From Dactylosporangium sp. CA-052675 (GTDB lineage: Bacteria > Actinomycetota > Actinomycetes > Mycobacteriales > Micromonosporaceae), in the NCBI RefSeq assembly GCF_050947935.1, contig NZ_CP192010.1, positions 3,180,935 to 3,244,934 on the forward strand: a DNA stretch of 64,000 nt, given 5' to 3'. The first letter of the stretch is position 1. The number at the start of each line of letters is the position of its first letter. Of this stretch, positions 11,308 through 20,921 are shown in pieces. The position numbers were made by a program, and so were the translations under genes. The notes beneath the pieces are model-generated. The model did not search any database, was not told where the DNA came from, and saw only the letters and a list, made by a program, of their open reading frames with translations.

Positions 11308-12429
11308 TTACAACCCCAGGTCTGAGGCTTTGAAGAAGCCGGAGTCGACGAGCTTCGACTTCACGTCGTCCTTCGTGACCACGACCGGCGGGAGGAGGTA
11401 GGAGGGGACGACCTTGACGCCGTTGTTGTACGTCTTGGTGTCGTTCGTCTCCACCGCGGTGCCCTTGGAGATCGCGTCGACCATCTTCGCGACCTGGTCG
11501 CCGAGGGTGCGGGTGTCCTTCCAGACCGTCATCGACTGCTTGCCGGCCAGGATGTTCTTGGTGTTGGCGAGGTCGGCGTCCTGGCCGGTGAGGGTCGGCC
11601 AGTCCGCGCCGGGCTTGTAGCCGTGCGAGTCCAGCGACTGCGCGATGCCCAGCGCGAGCGAGTCGTTCGGGGACAGCACGACGTCGACCTTCTTGCCGCC
11701 GGTGTAGAACGAGTTCAGGCGGTTGTCCATCTCGGCCTGCGCGCCCTCGGTCTTCCAGCCGTTGATCGAGACCGTCTTCCAGTCGTCGTTGCTGGCCAGC
11801 TTCTTGCCCGACGGGATGACCAGCTTGCCGCTGTCCACGTACTGCTTGAGCACGTCCCAGGCGCCGGCGAAGAAGAACTTGGCGTTGTTGTCGTCCGAGG
11901 AACCGGCGAACGGCTCGAGGTTGAACGGGCCCTTGCCCTGGTCCAGGCCCAGCTTGGACACGATGAACTGGCCCTGCAGCTGGCCGACCTTGTAGTTGTC
12001 GAAGGTCGCGTAGTAGTCCACGTTCGGGCTGGAGTTGATCAGGCGGTCGTAGGCGATGACCTTGACCTTCTTGTCCGCCGCCTGCTGCAGCACCGGGGCC
12101 AGCGCCGTGCCGTCGATCGAGGCGATGACCAGGATCTTCGCCTTGTCGTTGATCATGTTCTGGAGCTGGGTGATCTGCTGGTCGACCTTGTTGTCGGCGT
12201 ACTGCAGCGAGGTCTTGTAGCCGGCCTTCTTGAGCAGGTCCTCGAGGTGGGCCCCGTCGTTGTTCCAGCGCTCCAGGCTGCGGGTCGGCATCGCGATGCC
12301 GACCAGCGCCGGGCCGCTGTCGCCGCCGCCCCCGGCGTTGTCGTCGGAGCGGGTCTTGCTGCACGCCGACGTCGTGGCGAGCAGGGCAGCTAGAGCGGTG
12401 GCGGCCAGGACGCGGAGAGTCTTACCCAT
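11308..12429 (-). CDS. sugar ABC transporter substrate-binding lipoprotein (ChvE/xylose-binding-like)
   Basis: ATG at 12429 is preceded by AAAGGAGG. There is a lipobox, LLATTSAC. The periplasmic-binding fold is type I. Confidence 0.8.
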   Translation of the reverse strand: MGKTLRVLAATALAALLATTSACSKTRSDDNAGGGGDSGPALVGIAMPTRSLERWNNDGAHLEDLLKKAGYKTSLQYADNKVDQQITQLQNMINDKAKILVIASIDGTALAPVLQQAADKKVKVIAYDRLINSSPNVDYYATFDNYKVGQLQGQFIVSKLGLDQGKGPFNLEPFAGSSDDNNAKFFFAGAWDVLKQYVDSGKLVIPSGKKLASNDDWKTVSINGWKTEGAQAEMDNRLNSFYTGGKKVDVVLSPNDSLALGIAQSLDSHGYKPGADWPTLTGQDADLANTKNILAGKQSMTVWKDTRTLGDQVAKMVDAISKGTAVETNDTKTYNNGVKVVPSYLLPPVVVTKDDVKSKLVDSGFFKASDLGL

Positions 12430-12574
12430 CCCTGACGCCTCCTTTCGAGTCGGGAGGAGGGGGTGTGCGCGCAGGGTGCGGGGGTTTGTTATGGCCGCGA
12501 ACATACCTCCCCGGACCGGTGATCAGAGGTCACAGATCGATAACACCATGGTCAACTCCGTTGCCCCGCAACAT

Positions 12575-12586
12575 GTTTCGAAACAC
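12575..12586. promoter_or_regulatory. 12-bp palindrome TGTTTCGAAACA between the MarR gene and the ABC operon
   Basis: Perfect dyad with the same core as 8404-8417. It lies in a locally AT-rich stretch. Confidence 0.4.
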
Positions 12587-12627
12587 AGTCCTTTAGCTCT
12601 AATCTAAATAGTGCTAATGTACTTCCC

Positions 12628-13062
12628 GTGAGCGTGGATCTTCGGCAGGTCTTCGACGACCTGGTGCGGTTCGAGACCGATCTCTGGAACGGCGTCGACG
12701 CGCGCCTGCGGCAGGCCGGGGCCGTGCCCCTCGGGAGCCTCAACGTGCTGCAGGTGGTGGCCCGGACCGCGGACTGCCGCGTGAACGACATCGCCGACGC
12801 GCTGTCGATCACCATCGGCGGCGCGAGCCAGGCGGTCGACCGTCTGGTGACACGCGAGCTGCTGGCCCGCCGGCCGAACCCGGCCGACCGGCGATCGTCC
12901 ATTGTGGAGCTGACCGGCTCCGGCTCGGCCGCCCTCGAGGCCGCCGAGGAGATCTTCGACGCGGCGCTCGCCGAGTGGTTCGGCGGCGCGCTGACGGGTA
13001 GCGCCCTGCGCGGCTTCGCCCGCTCACTGTCCACCCTGCGCACCTGGAGGAAGCATGTCTGA
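12628..13062 (+). CDS. MarR-family transcriptional regulator
   Basis: GTG start; the winged-helix segment is LNVLQVVARTADCRVNDIADALSITIGGASQAVDRLV. Confidence 0.7.
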   Translation: MSVDLRQVFDDLVRFETDLWNGVDARLRQAGAVPLGSLNVLQVVARTADCRVNDIADALSITIGGASQAVDRLVTRELLARRPNPADRRSSIVELTGSGSAALEAAEEIFDAALAEWFGGALTGSALRGFARSLSTLRTWRKHV

Positions 13063-13981
13063 GGCACGAGCCGTCCGATTCGACACCTTCGGCGGCCCCG
13101 AGGTGCTCTACGTGACCGGGATCCCGATGCCGTCACCCGGACCGGGTGAGGTGGTCGTCGCCGTGCGCGCGGCCGGCATCAACCCGGGCGAGAGCGGGAT
13201 TCGCAGCGGGGCGCTGGAGTTCAAGTACCCCACCCGTCTCCCCTGCGGCGAGGGGAGCGACCTGGCGGGCGTCGTGACCGCGGTCGGCCCGGGGGTGACC
13301 GGCTTCGCGCCCGGCGACGAGGTGCTGGGCTTCTCCTGGACCCGCTCCAGCCACGCCACCCACACCGCCGTGCCGGTCACCCAGCTCATCCCCAAGCCGG
13401 CCGCGCTGTCGTGGGAGGTGGCCGGCGCCCTCTACGTGGTGGCCTGCACCGCCTACGCGGCCGTGCGCGCCGTCGGCGCCCGGGAGGGCGAGACGATCGC
13501 CGTGTCGGCCGCGGCCGGCGGCGTCGGCACCGTGACCGTCCAGCTGCTGCGCCACCTCGGCGCGCGGGTCCTGGCCATCGCCTCACCGTCCAACGCGGAC
13601 TGGCTCGCGGCCCGCGGCGCCACCCCGGTCCCCTACGGCGACGGCCTCGCGGACCGGCTGCGCGCGGCGGCGCCCGAGGGCATCGACGCCTTCATCGACC
13701 TGTTCGGGCCGCAGTACGTCGACCTGGCGCTCGAGCTGGGCGTCCCGAAGGACCGCGTCAACACCGTCATCGCTTTCGAGGCCGCGGCGCGCCTGGGCGT
13801 GCGGGCGGAGGGCAGCGAGGACGCGTCGACCGCGGACGTGCTGACGTACATGGCCGGCCTGGTGGCCGACGGCACCCTGGAGATCCCGATCGCCGGCACG
13901 TACGCGCTCGACGACGTGGCGAAGGCCTTCGAGGAGCTGGACCGCCGCCACACCCGCGGCAAGATAGTCCTGCTGCCGTGA
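13055..13981 (+). CDS. NADPH:quinone oxidoreductase / zinc-independent MDR-family dehydrogenase
   Basis: The Rossmann motif AAAGGVG is present and the protein has the MDR fold. The start overlaps the MarR stop by 8 nt. Confidence 0.75.
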   Translation: MSEARAVRFDTFGGPEVLYVTGIPMPSPGPGEVVVAVRAAGINPGESGIRSGALEFKYPTRLPCGEGSDLAGVVTAVGPGVTGFAPGDEVLGFSWTRSSHATHTAVPVTQLIPKPAALSWEVAGALYVVACTAYAAVRAVGAREGETIAVSAAAGGVGTVTVQLLRHLGARVLAIASPSNADWLAARGATPVPYGDGLADRLRAAAPEGIDAFIDLFGPQYVDLALELGVPKDRVNTVIAFEAAARLGVRAEGSEDASTADVLTYMAGLVADGTLEIPIAGTYALDDVAKAFEELDRRHTRGKIVLLP

Positions 13982-14017
13982 TCTCGGTGCTGACCCTGCC
14001 GATCGAGCGCTGCCGCG

Positions 14018-14268
14018 TGATGGCACACCTCGACGGCGACATCGTGGCGCCGGGCGACGGCGGCATCGACGTGTTCGAGACGCTGCTGCCGGTGAGCCGC
14101 TTCCTCGCGGGGCTGGCGCGATCATCGCAGTTTCCGCGTTCCAACTGCCGGTGCACGGATTGCCGCAATCCGCTCTCCACCACCGGGAGGGGGGTCGCTG
14201 CCGGCGCCCAGGTCGAAGCCGATGAGCGGATGCCGTTCGCCGTCCATCCGCATACGATCCACCGGTGA
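14018..14268 (+). CDS. hypothetical small protein (83 aa). Its stop overlaps the GTG start of the SUKH gene (GTGA).
   Basis: In-frame ATG at 14018; the call rests on the coupling geometry alone. Confidence 0.25.
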
Positions 14269-14780
14269 CTGTCGAGCATCGGGTGCTGCCGATCGCGCTG
14301 GAAAAGGCTCACAAGCTTGGATTTTTCGAGGATCACGATGGGCACGACTTCCAGCCGGATGCCGAGTTCGAGTGGTCGGTCGAAACCACCGAATGGTGGC
14401 GCGCGTGGACAGGTGATTCCGCTGTAGAAAGTGCGCCGCTGCGCGTCTTCGGAGTCGACGGCAGCGGTGGAAAGGCAGCCTTCTGGACCCGCTTGCCAGA
14501 CGCAGCCATCGAGACGCAACCCATCGTGTTCCTCGGTTCTGAGGGCGAGACTCGGGTCATCGCCCGCGACCTGGGCGACTACCTCTGGCTGCTGGCAAAC
14601 GGCGTCGGGCCATTGGAATCGGTCGACGGAATCCACCGCACTGCAGAGCCGCTGCCAGCGCTCGTGGCGCTCGCGCAGCAGTACACCGGCATCGCAACCC
14701 GCAGTCTTGAGGCGGTGATGGCAGCCGCCGGTTCCGAGCTCGCGGCCTTGACGGCCCTCATCGAATCGACCACGAGGTGA
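14265..14780 (+). CDS. SMI1/KNR4 (SUKH-superfamily) protein, a putative toxin-immunity-type protein
   Basis: W/G-rich motifs are present: EWWRAWTG, FGVDGSGG, IVFLGSEGETRVIARDLGDYLWLLANG. The gene is visibly AT-richer than its flanks. Confidence 0.5.
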   Translation: MTVEHRVLPIALEKAHKLGFFEDHDGHDFQPDAEFEWSVETTEWWRAWTGDSAVESAPLRVFGVDGSGGKAAFWTRLPDAAIETQPIVFLGSEGETRVIARDLGDYLWLLANGVGPLESVDGIHRTAEPLPALVALAQQYTGIATRSLEAVMAAAGSELAALTALIESTTR

Positions 14781-14922
14781 GCGAGCACCACTCGCGCGAC
14801 TGCATGGTCACAGCTGGGCCGGCGTCCGGATGTCCGCCGCGATCCGCGCGCTGCAGACCGTGACGGCCCAGCTGGCGGTTCCGCGCGGGATCTGCCGAAT
14901 TGCGTGCGCCTCTGAGATCCGG

Positions 14923-15384
14923 ATGTATACGTTGGCGTCCATGGGGACCGCGCCGTGGAAGGTTCGGCAGTACTGTTACTTCTGGCTGGCCAGCGAGGCG
15001 GTCACTGCTGGGCGGATCACGGAGCTTCTCGGGTTGGAACCGGATCGAATCGCCGTCATGGGAAGTCGGCGGACGTCGCCCCGGGTGGTCCCTGCCGCCC
15101 ATCGGTGGGAGATCAGCTGCCGGACGCACGGACGGATCGATGAACAAGTGTCCACCGTTCTCGCTCGCATCGCGCCCGCCGCCGACCGGGTGCGAGCCCT
15201 CGTCGATGGTGGCGATGTCGATGCGGGCCTCATGATGGTCCGCTGGTTCGACGATCCCGACGGCGGGTACGGCGCGATGGGCTGGTGGCTGACTCGCGAA
15301 CAGATCCAACTCCTCGCACGGATGGGCGCAACCGTCGAATCAGACGAATACGCAGGAGACTTCACGGCGCATTCGCCCCGGTGA
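14923..15384 (+). CDS. DUF4279-family protein
   Basis: The pattern RQYCYFWLASEAVTAGRITELLGLEPDRIAVMGSRRTSP...LMMVRWFDD...VESDEY matches this family as I recall it. The start could also be 14941. Confidence 0.5.
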   Translation: MYTLASMGTAPWKVRQYCYFWLASEAVTAGRITELLGLEPDRIAVMGSRRTSPRVVPAAHRWEISCRTHGRIDEQVSTVLARIAPAADRVRALVDGGDVDAGLMMVRWFDDPDGGYGAMGWWLTREQIQLLARMGATVESDEYAGDFTAHSPR

Positions 15385-15501
15385 CGCACTGATCTGCCGC
15401 GATTCGCTCACTACGCAACGTCATGACTTGAGGATCGTCCGGCTCACTGACATGCCGATGAGCGCGCACCCGACCACCCGCCGACCGTAGCAACCGACTG
15501 A

Positions 15502-16413
15502 TCAGGAGCAGTCGAATCGGTAGTCGAACGGCCGGTCAGGACAGCTCAAGCAGACGAACAAGTACATGCCGCCGACGTCGCCGAGCATCAAACCGGCCGG
15601 GTTCTGGATACGTCGCCATGGATGATGATCAGGGGCATCGAAGCCCCATCCGTCCATCGCCGGGCGGTCCTGCAGGGGGATCCAACGCTTCTCGTCGCCC
15701 CGACTGAACTCCCAGCTGGCCACCGTGATGAGATGCTCCATGGGCACGCCGCAGCCGCATGCCGGCCAGTCCGGCACCTGGGTCCAACCAGGATAGCCGC
15801 CCACCTTCGTACCGGAGGCGACCGCCAAGTCAGTCTCGTACTGCCAGCCGGTCTCCCGCTCGATCCGCGCGACGCTGTCCCTGATTTGCGACCAGACAAC
15901 CTCGGGCAGATCGCGGCTCGGGTACTCGGTGACGCGTTCCGGGTCCAAGACGCACGGGTCGGGCACGTACCGGGCGTCCGCCTCCTCGTCGGGCTCGGGC
16001 AACTCCTGCAGCCTGGCGCCGATATCAGCGCGGCGGCGCCACCTCAGTGCAGGTCGAGGCGAACTCCACGGTTGGTGATCGAACGGGCACCACAGCACCT
16101 GCAGCATGTCCGTGCCGGCGGGGAACGGAAGCTCGGGAAGGTCTTCAGCAAACAACTGCAACACCGGGACGAGCGGCACCTCGGCCTCGGATGGCTGGCG
16201 GTCGAGGTGGTCGTACGGTTCCGGCCCATCGCATATCGGCCAAGGTTCCTTCACCGGCCACAGCAGCGGACCCCCCATCGAACTCTGCTCGGCGGTCGGT
16301 GCTCCAAGCCTGGGATGCAGCCTTACGGTTGTCATGGCGAAAGGCACGACCTGCGGAAAGACTTCAGGTATGTCGATCGGGCTGGAAGCGGTGGTGCGCA
16401 CGGCGATGATCAT
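15502..16413 (-). CDS. DUF1963 (YwqG-like) family protein
   Basis: The motifs GGYPGWTQ...CGCG...MEHL and GDVGGMYLFVCLSC match this family. The start is either the ATG at 16413 (AGGGA upstream) or the ATG at 16335. Confidence 0.5.
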   Translation of the reverse strand: MIIAVRTTASSPIDIPEVFPQVVPFAMTTVRLHPRLGAPTAEQSSMGGPLLWPVKEPWPICDGPEPYDHLDRQPSEAEVPLVPVLQLFAEDLPELPFPAGTDMLQVLWCPFDHQPWSSPRPALRWRRRADIGARLQELPEPDEEADARYVPDPCVLDPERVTEYPSRDLPEVVWSQIRDSVARIERETGWQYETDLAVASGTKVGGYPGWTQVPDWPACGCGVPMEHLITVASWEFSRGDEKRWIPLQDRPAMDGWGFDAPDHHPWRRIQNPAGLMLGDVGGMYLFVCLSCPDRPFDYRFDCS

Positions 16414-16446
16414 ATGGCGATCCCTGGAGTCTGTGGCAACGCTTGA

Positions 16447-16707
16447 CTACCGGGCCACCACACTGACTCGCCAAGAAGCGCGGGTGACAATGTGGCGGTG
16501 ACCGATCGCGGACCTGAGTGAGGTCCAGGGCGCTGCGGTCATAAGGTTCTGGCGTTGACCCGGGGGCACCACGAGCCGGCGGCCCCACTTGTCGACATCC
16601 TCCCGATGCGCGGCGATGGAGGCGGCGACCTCGGCCTCCAACGCGGCGGCCGGCATCCGCCGTGCGCACTCCCGCACGATCTCGTCAATCAGCGACCCAC
16701 CCGCCAT
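16447..16707 (-). CDS. possible small ORF (86 aa), hypothetical
   Basis: ATG at 16707, at the edge of the AT-richer island. No recognisable motif. Confidence 0.2.
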   Translation of the reverse strand: MAGGSLIDEIVRECARRMPAAALEAEVAASIAAHREDVDKWGRRLVVPPGQRQNLMTAAPWTSLRSAIGHRHIVTRASWRVSVVAR

Positions 16708-16874
16708 CGACCCGGCCTCGCCGGCCGGGGCCAAGGTCGTACTCGTGGCGTTCGGGGTGGCTGGCGCGGCCTCATCCTGAGTGACCACCGTGAGCCCGGG
16801 CGTACCTTCCCGACCCGCGTTGGCGCTCGGGCCATACTCGAATTCCCGCCTCCGCCCAACACCCCTGCACGAGG

Positions 16875-18281
16875 TCAGGCCGGCCTGAAGGCGGACCGGG
16901 CGACCGCGCGGCGGACGGCCTCCAGGGATTCCTCGACGTCGGCCTCGTCCGTCGACCAGTTGCTCACCGACACGCGCAGGATCGCGCGGCCGCGCCACGT
17001 CGAGCCCGACATCCAGGCGCGGCCGTCCTCCAGCAGAGCGCGGGTCACCGCGGCGGTGCGCCCGTCGTCGCCGAACGCGGCGCAGACCTGCGTGAAGACG
17101 ACGTCGTTGAGCACCTCGGCGCCGTCGATCGCGGCGATGCCCTCGGCCAGCCGGCGGGCGTTGCGCGCGAATCCGTCGACCATCTCGGCGACCCCGCGCC
17201 GGCCCAGCGAGCGCAGCGCGGCCCACACCGGCACCCCGCGGGCGCGCCGGGACAGCTCGGGCACCTTCTCGAACGGGTCGGCCGGCCCGCCGGGGCCCGC
17301 GGGCTCGATGAGATAGCTGGCCCGCACGCCCATCGCGGCGCGCAGGGCCGAGGGGTCCGCGACGATCGAGATGCCGCAGTCGTACGGCACGTTCAGCGTC
17401 TTGTGCCCGTCCGTCGCCCACGAGTCGGCGCGCTCGAGGCCGGGCACGAGGTGGCGCAGCCGGGGCGACGCGGCGGCCCACAGCCCGAAGGCGCCGTCGA
17501 CGTGCACCCAGGCGCCGTGGCGGTGCGCGAGCTCGGCCGCCTCGCCGATCGGGTCGAACGATCCACTGTGGACGTTCCCGGCCTGCAGGCACACGATGGT
17601 GGGCTCGTCCCCGCCGGTGCGCAGCGCCTCGGCCAGCGCGTCCAGCCGGATGCGGCCCTGCTCGTCGGCGGCCACGGGCGTCGGGGCGCCCAGGCCGAGG
17701 TACCGCAGCGCCAGATCGAGCGTGTCGTGCCGCTCCTCGCCGACCAGCACGCGGATGCGCGGCGCCCCGAACAGCCCGTCGAAGTCGAGGTCCCAGCCCC
17801 GGCGCGCGAGCACGTGACGGCGCGCGGCGGCCAGGCCGGTGAAGTTGGCCATCGTGGCGCCGGTGACGAACCCGACGTCGGCCCCGGCGGGCAGCCCGAG
17901 CAGGTCGAGCACCCAGGCGCCGGCCGCCTCCTCCAGCGCCGCGGTCGCGGGCGTCGGGTACCGCATCGCGGCGTTCTGGTCCCAGGCGCTCACCAGCCAG
18001 TCGGCCCCGAGCGCGGCCGGGAGCGTGCCGCCGATCACCCAGCCGTAGAACCGGCCGGACGGCATCGCCATCAGCCCCGGCTCGGCCGAGCGGGCCAGCA
18101 GGTCCACGACCTCGGCCGGGTCGGACGGCTCCTCGGGCAGCGCCCCGCCGACGGCCGGCGCGAGCTGGTCGGCGTCGGCGCGCGGGGGCACGGACCGCCC
18201 GGCGAGCGAGGCCAGCCAGGCCCGGGCGTGCGAGTCGGCCGCGGCGAGGGCGGCGTCGTAGGCGTCCTTGTTCGCACTCAT
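16875..18281 (-). CDS. pyridoxal-phosphate-dependent decarboxylase (group II, aspartate-aminotransferase fold)
   Basis: The lysine region SWATDGHKTLNVPYDCG carries the PLP-binding lysine. The overall fold is type I. Confidence 0.75.
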   Translation of the reverse strand: MSANKDAYDAALAAADSHARAWLASLAGRSVPPRADADQLAPAVGGALPEEPSDPAEVVDLLARSAEPGLMAMPSGRFYGWVIGGTLPAALGADWLVSAWDQNAAMRYPTPATAALEEAAGAWVLDLLGLPAGADVGFVTGATMANFTGLAAARRHVLARRGWDLDFDGLFGAPRIRVLVGEERHDTLDLALRYLGLGAPTPVAADEQGRIRLDALAEALRTGGDEPTIVCLQAGNVHSGSFDPIGEAAELAHRHGAWVHVDGAFGLWAAASPRLRHLVPGLERADSWATDGHKTLNVPYDCGISIVADPSALRAAMGVRASYLIEPAGPGGPADPFEKVPELSRRARGVPVWAALRSLGRRGVAEMVDGFARNARRLAEGIAAIDGAEVLNDVVFTQVCAAFGDDGRTAAVTRALLEDGRAWMSGSTWRGRAILRVSVSNWSTDEADVEESLEAVRRAVARSAFRPA

Positions 18282-18427
18282 ACGTCCACTGTGCGCCCCG
18301 CGACACCCGCGGTGTCGAGATCCACCCGCAATCCCGCGGACCGTTTAGGATGGGTCGCAGCGTCGCGGTGTACCCGGCAAGCAGACCGCCGAGGGCATGG
18401 AGGCGCCGAACCCTACGAGGTCACCCC

Positions 18428-18820
18428 TTGTCCGAGTTCACCCCGCCGCGCGTCGCGGCCCTGGGGCACCAGCTCATCGAGATCCACCAGCACCTGCGGT
18501 CCCTGCTGGACGACATCGCCCGGCTTCCCGACTTCTCCCGCGAGCTGCGCGCGCACTGCCTCGCGTTCTGCGGCGCGCTCGACCGGCACCACACCGGCGA
18601 GGAGCGCGGCATGTTCCAGGTGCTCGCCGAGCGCCACCCCGGCCTGCGCGCCATCCTCGCCGAGCTGCGCCACGACCACGAGCAGATCGCCGCGCTCATC
18701 CGCCGCGTCGAGGCCGACCCCACCCGGGCCGAGCTTGCCGGGCTGGCCGCGGTGATGGAGTCGCACTTCACCTTCGAGGAGAAGCGCCTGACATCGGTAC
18801 TGAACGAGCTGACACCGTGA
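18428..18820 (+). CDS. hemerythrin-domain protein
   Basis: TTG at 18428; the motif HHTGEE and further H/E metal-ligand pattern are present. Alternative upstream starts are possible. Confidence 0.55.
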   Translation: MSEFTPPRVAALGHQLIEIHQHLRSLLDDIARLPDFSRELRAHCLAFCGALDRHHTGEERGMFQVLAERHPGLRAILAELRHDHEQIAALIRRVEADPTRAELAGLAAVMESHFTFEEKRLTSVLNELTP

Positions 18821-18834
18821 ACCGGGCGGACCTC

Positions 18835-19686
18835 CTAGGCCGTGTGGTCCCGCAGCGTCTGCCGCTGGCGGCCGAGCCCCTCGATCTCCAGCTCCATCAC
18901 GTCGCCCGCGCGCAGGTAGGGCTGGCCGGGCAGGCCCATCGCGACGCCGGCCGGCGTGCCGGTGTTGATGACGTCGCCCGGGTGCAGGACCATGAACTGG
19001 CTGACGTACCACACCAGGTGCGCGACGTCGAAGATCATGTCGGACGCGACCTCGTCCTGCCGCGCCTGGCCGTTGACCCAGGAGCGCAGCCGCAGCGCCG
19101 GCACGTCGAGGCCGTCCGCGGTCACCAGCCAGGGGCCGAGCGGGTTGAACGTCTCGCAGTTCTTGCCCTTGTCCCACTGGCCGAGGCGCTCGAGCTGGAA
19201 CTCGCGCTCGGAGACGTCGTTGCTCACGGCGTAGCCCGCGATGTGCGCGCCGGCGTCGGCGGGGCTGTCGAGGTACCGCGCCGCCGTCCCGATGACGACC
19301 GCGAGCTCGACCTCGTAGTCGGTCTTGACGCTGGCCTTCGGGATGCGCACGTCGTCGTCCGGCCCGACCACGGTGTCGGCCGCCTTCAGGAACACGATCG
19401 GCTCGCTGGGCGGCTCTGCCCCCGACTCGGCGGCGTGCCGGGCGTAGTTCTGCCCGATGCACACGATCTTGCCGATGTTCGCCACCGGCGCCCCGATGCG
19501 GGTGCCGGCGGGGACGTCGAGGCGGGGGAGGGTGCCGAGGGCGGCGCGGGCGCGGTCGAGGCCGCCGCCGGCCAGGAAGGCGCCGTCGATGTCGCCGGTG
19601 ACGGCCGACAGGTCCAGGTAGGTCCCGTCGTCGGCGACCACCACGGGCCGCTCCTCACCGGCGTTGCCGATCCGCGCAAGTCTCAT
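18835..19686 (-). CDS. fumarylacetoacetate hydrolase (FAH)-family protein
   Basis: ATG at 19686; the motifs DYEVELAVVIG and HPGDVINTGTPAGV are typical of FAH. Confidence 0.8.
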   Translation of the reverse strand: MRLARIGNAGEERPVVVADDGTYLDLSAVTGDIDGAFLAGGGLDRARAALGTLPRLDVPAGTRIGAPVANIGKIVCIGQNYARHAAESGAEPPSEPIVFLKAADTVVGPDDDVRIPKASVKTDYEVELAVVIGTAARYLDSPADAGAHIAGYAVSNDVSEREFQLERLGQWDKGKNCETFNPLGPWLVTADGLDVPALRLRSWVNGQARQDEVASDMIFDVAHLVWYVSQFMVLHPGDVINTGTPAGVAMGLPGQPYLRAGDVMELEIEGLGRQRQTLRDHTA

Positions 19687-19711
19687 GCCGGTCAAGCTAT
19701 GCCCGAGATGG

Positions 19712-20401
19712 TCAAGTGGTCAAGCCAATTGTCGTGACTCCCGCGGCGGCCGCGATGCGCCGGAGGTGCTCGGCCATCGCGGCGCGGGCGGCGTCGGGGT
19801 CGCGGCGGTCGATGGCCTCCACGATCGCGGCGTGCTCGGCCGCGGTGCGGCGCAGCACGCCCGGGCGGGTGGCGGTCACGGCCCGGCTCGCCCGGCCCAG
19901 CGCCGAGAGCGTCTGCAGCATCGTGGCGAGCAGCGCGTTGCCGGCCGCCTCCGCGATCAGGCGGTGCAGCGCCATGTCGGCGCTCACCCGGTCCGGCTCG
20001 GCCAGCGCCGCGCGCATCGCCGCGACCTGACCCGCGTCCGCGCGCGAGGCGGCGAGCGCGGCCAGGGCCGGCTCGATCAGCAGCCGCGCCTCGAACAGCT
20101 CGTCGAGCGTGCGGCCGCTGAGCGACATCACGAACTCCAGCGGCTCCAGCAGGGCCGCGGTGTCCAGGGCCGCCACGTAGGTCCCGGACCCGTGCCGGCT
20201 CTCCAGGATGTTCAGGCTGACCAGGGACCGGATCGTCTCGCGCAGCGTGGGCCGGCTGATGCGCAGCATCTCGCTGAGCTCCCGCTCGGCCGGCAGCCGC
20301 TGCCCGGGCACGAGCCGCCCGTCGACGATCATCTCCTGGATGAGCCGCACGGCCTCGGCGGCGGCGGAGGAGCGGTGGACCGGGGTGAACTCGGCGGTCA
20401 C
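19712..20401 (-). CDS. GntR-family (FadR/FCD subfamily) transcriptional regulator
   Basis: The N-terminal HTH is LPAERELSEMLRISRPTLRETIRSL and the C-terminal domain is helical. It sits 25 bp upstream of the FAH gene. Confidence 0.8.
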   Translation of the reverse strand: MTAEFTPVHRSSAAAEAVRLIQEMIVDGRLVPGQRLPAERELSEMLRISRPTLRETIRSLVSLNILESRHGSGTYVAALDTAALLEPLEFVMSLSGRTLDELFEARLLIEPALAALAASRADAGQVAAMRAALAEPDRVSADMALHRLIAEAAGNALLATMLQTLSALGRASRAVTATRPGVLRRTAAEHAAIVEAIDRRDPDAARAAMAEHLRRIAAAAGVTTIGLTT

Positions 20402-20921
20402 GGGTTTCTCCCAGATGACGTGGTGGCCTGGCCAGTTTAGGCGTATCCGCGGTTCGGCACCGGCTTCTGCCGCGACCGCAGGGAACTGCCCGATGGCCGT
20501 CTGCCGGAGTCGTTCGGCGCGACGGCGTTCCCGCAGCCGAGGCCGTTCGAGATCGGCTCGCCCGCCCGGCCGGACACGCCGCCCGAGACTCCCGCCGCGC
20601 CGGCGGTGTCGCCCGCGCCGGCCGCGCCGCGTGGGAAGGCGGCCCGCAGGGCCGGCCCGCGGCCGCTGGCTTCGACGCGGCCACGCTGCCGCTCGACGGG
20701 GTCACCGCCCGGGCCGGCTCGCGCGCGGGCGCGCGGGCGGCCCTCGGCCGAGGCCCGTTCCGGCTCACGCAGGGCACGCTCGCGTTCACCGCCGGCGGCG
20801 ACCTGGCCGTTCGCCGGTGGTGGTGCACGTGTACCCGCCCGCACGCCGGTACGGCGACGAAACCCGGGATGCCGCCGGTGACCGCGGTCCGCCCGACCCG
20901 AGGCCCGGCGGACCGCGGTGC

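Noticed and set aside
20402-20921. A 520-bp gene-free gap between the GntR regulator and the SGNH esterase, considered as a possible ncRNA or pseudogene
   Set aside because: It is uniformly GC-rich and shows no dyad, repeat or conserved-looking coding frame I could support. Left uncalled.
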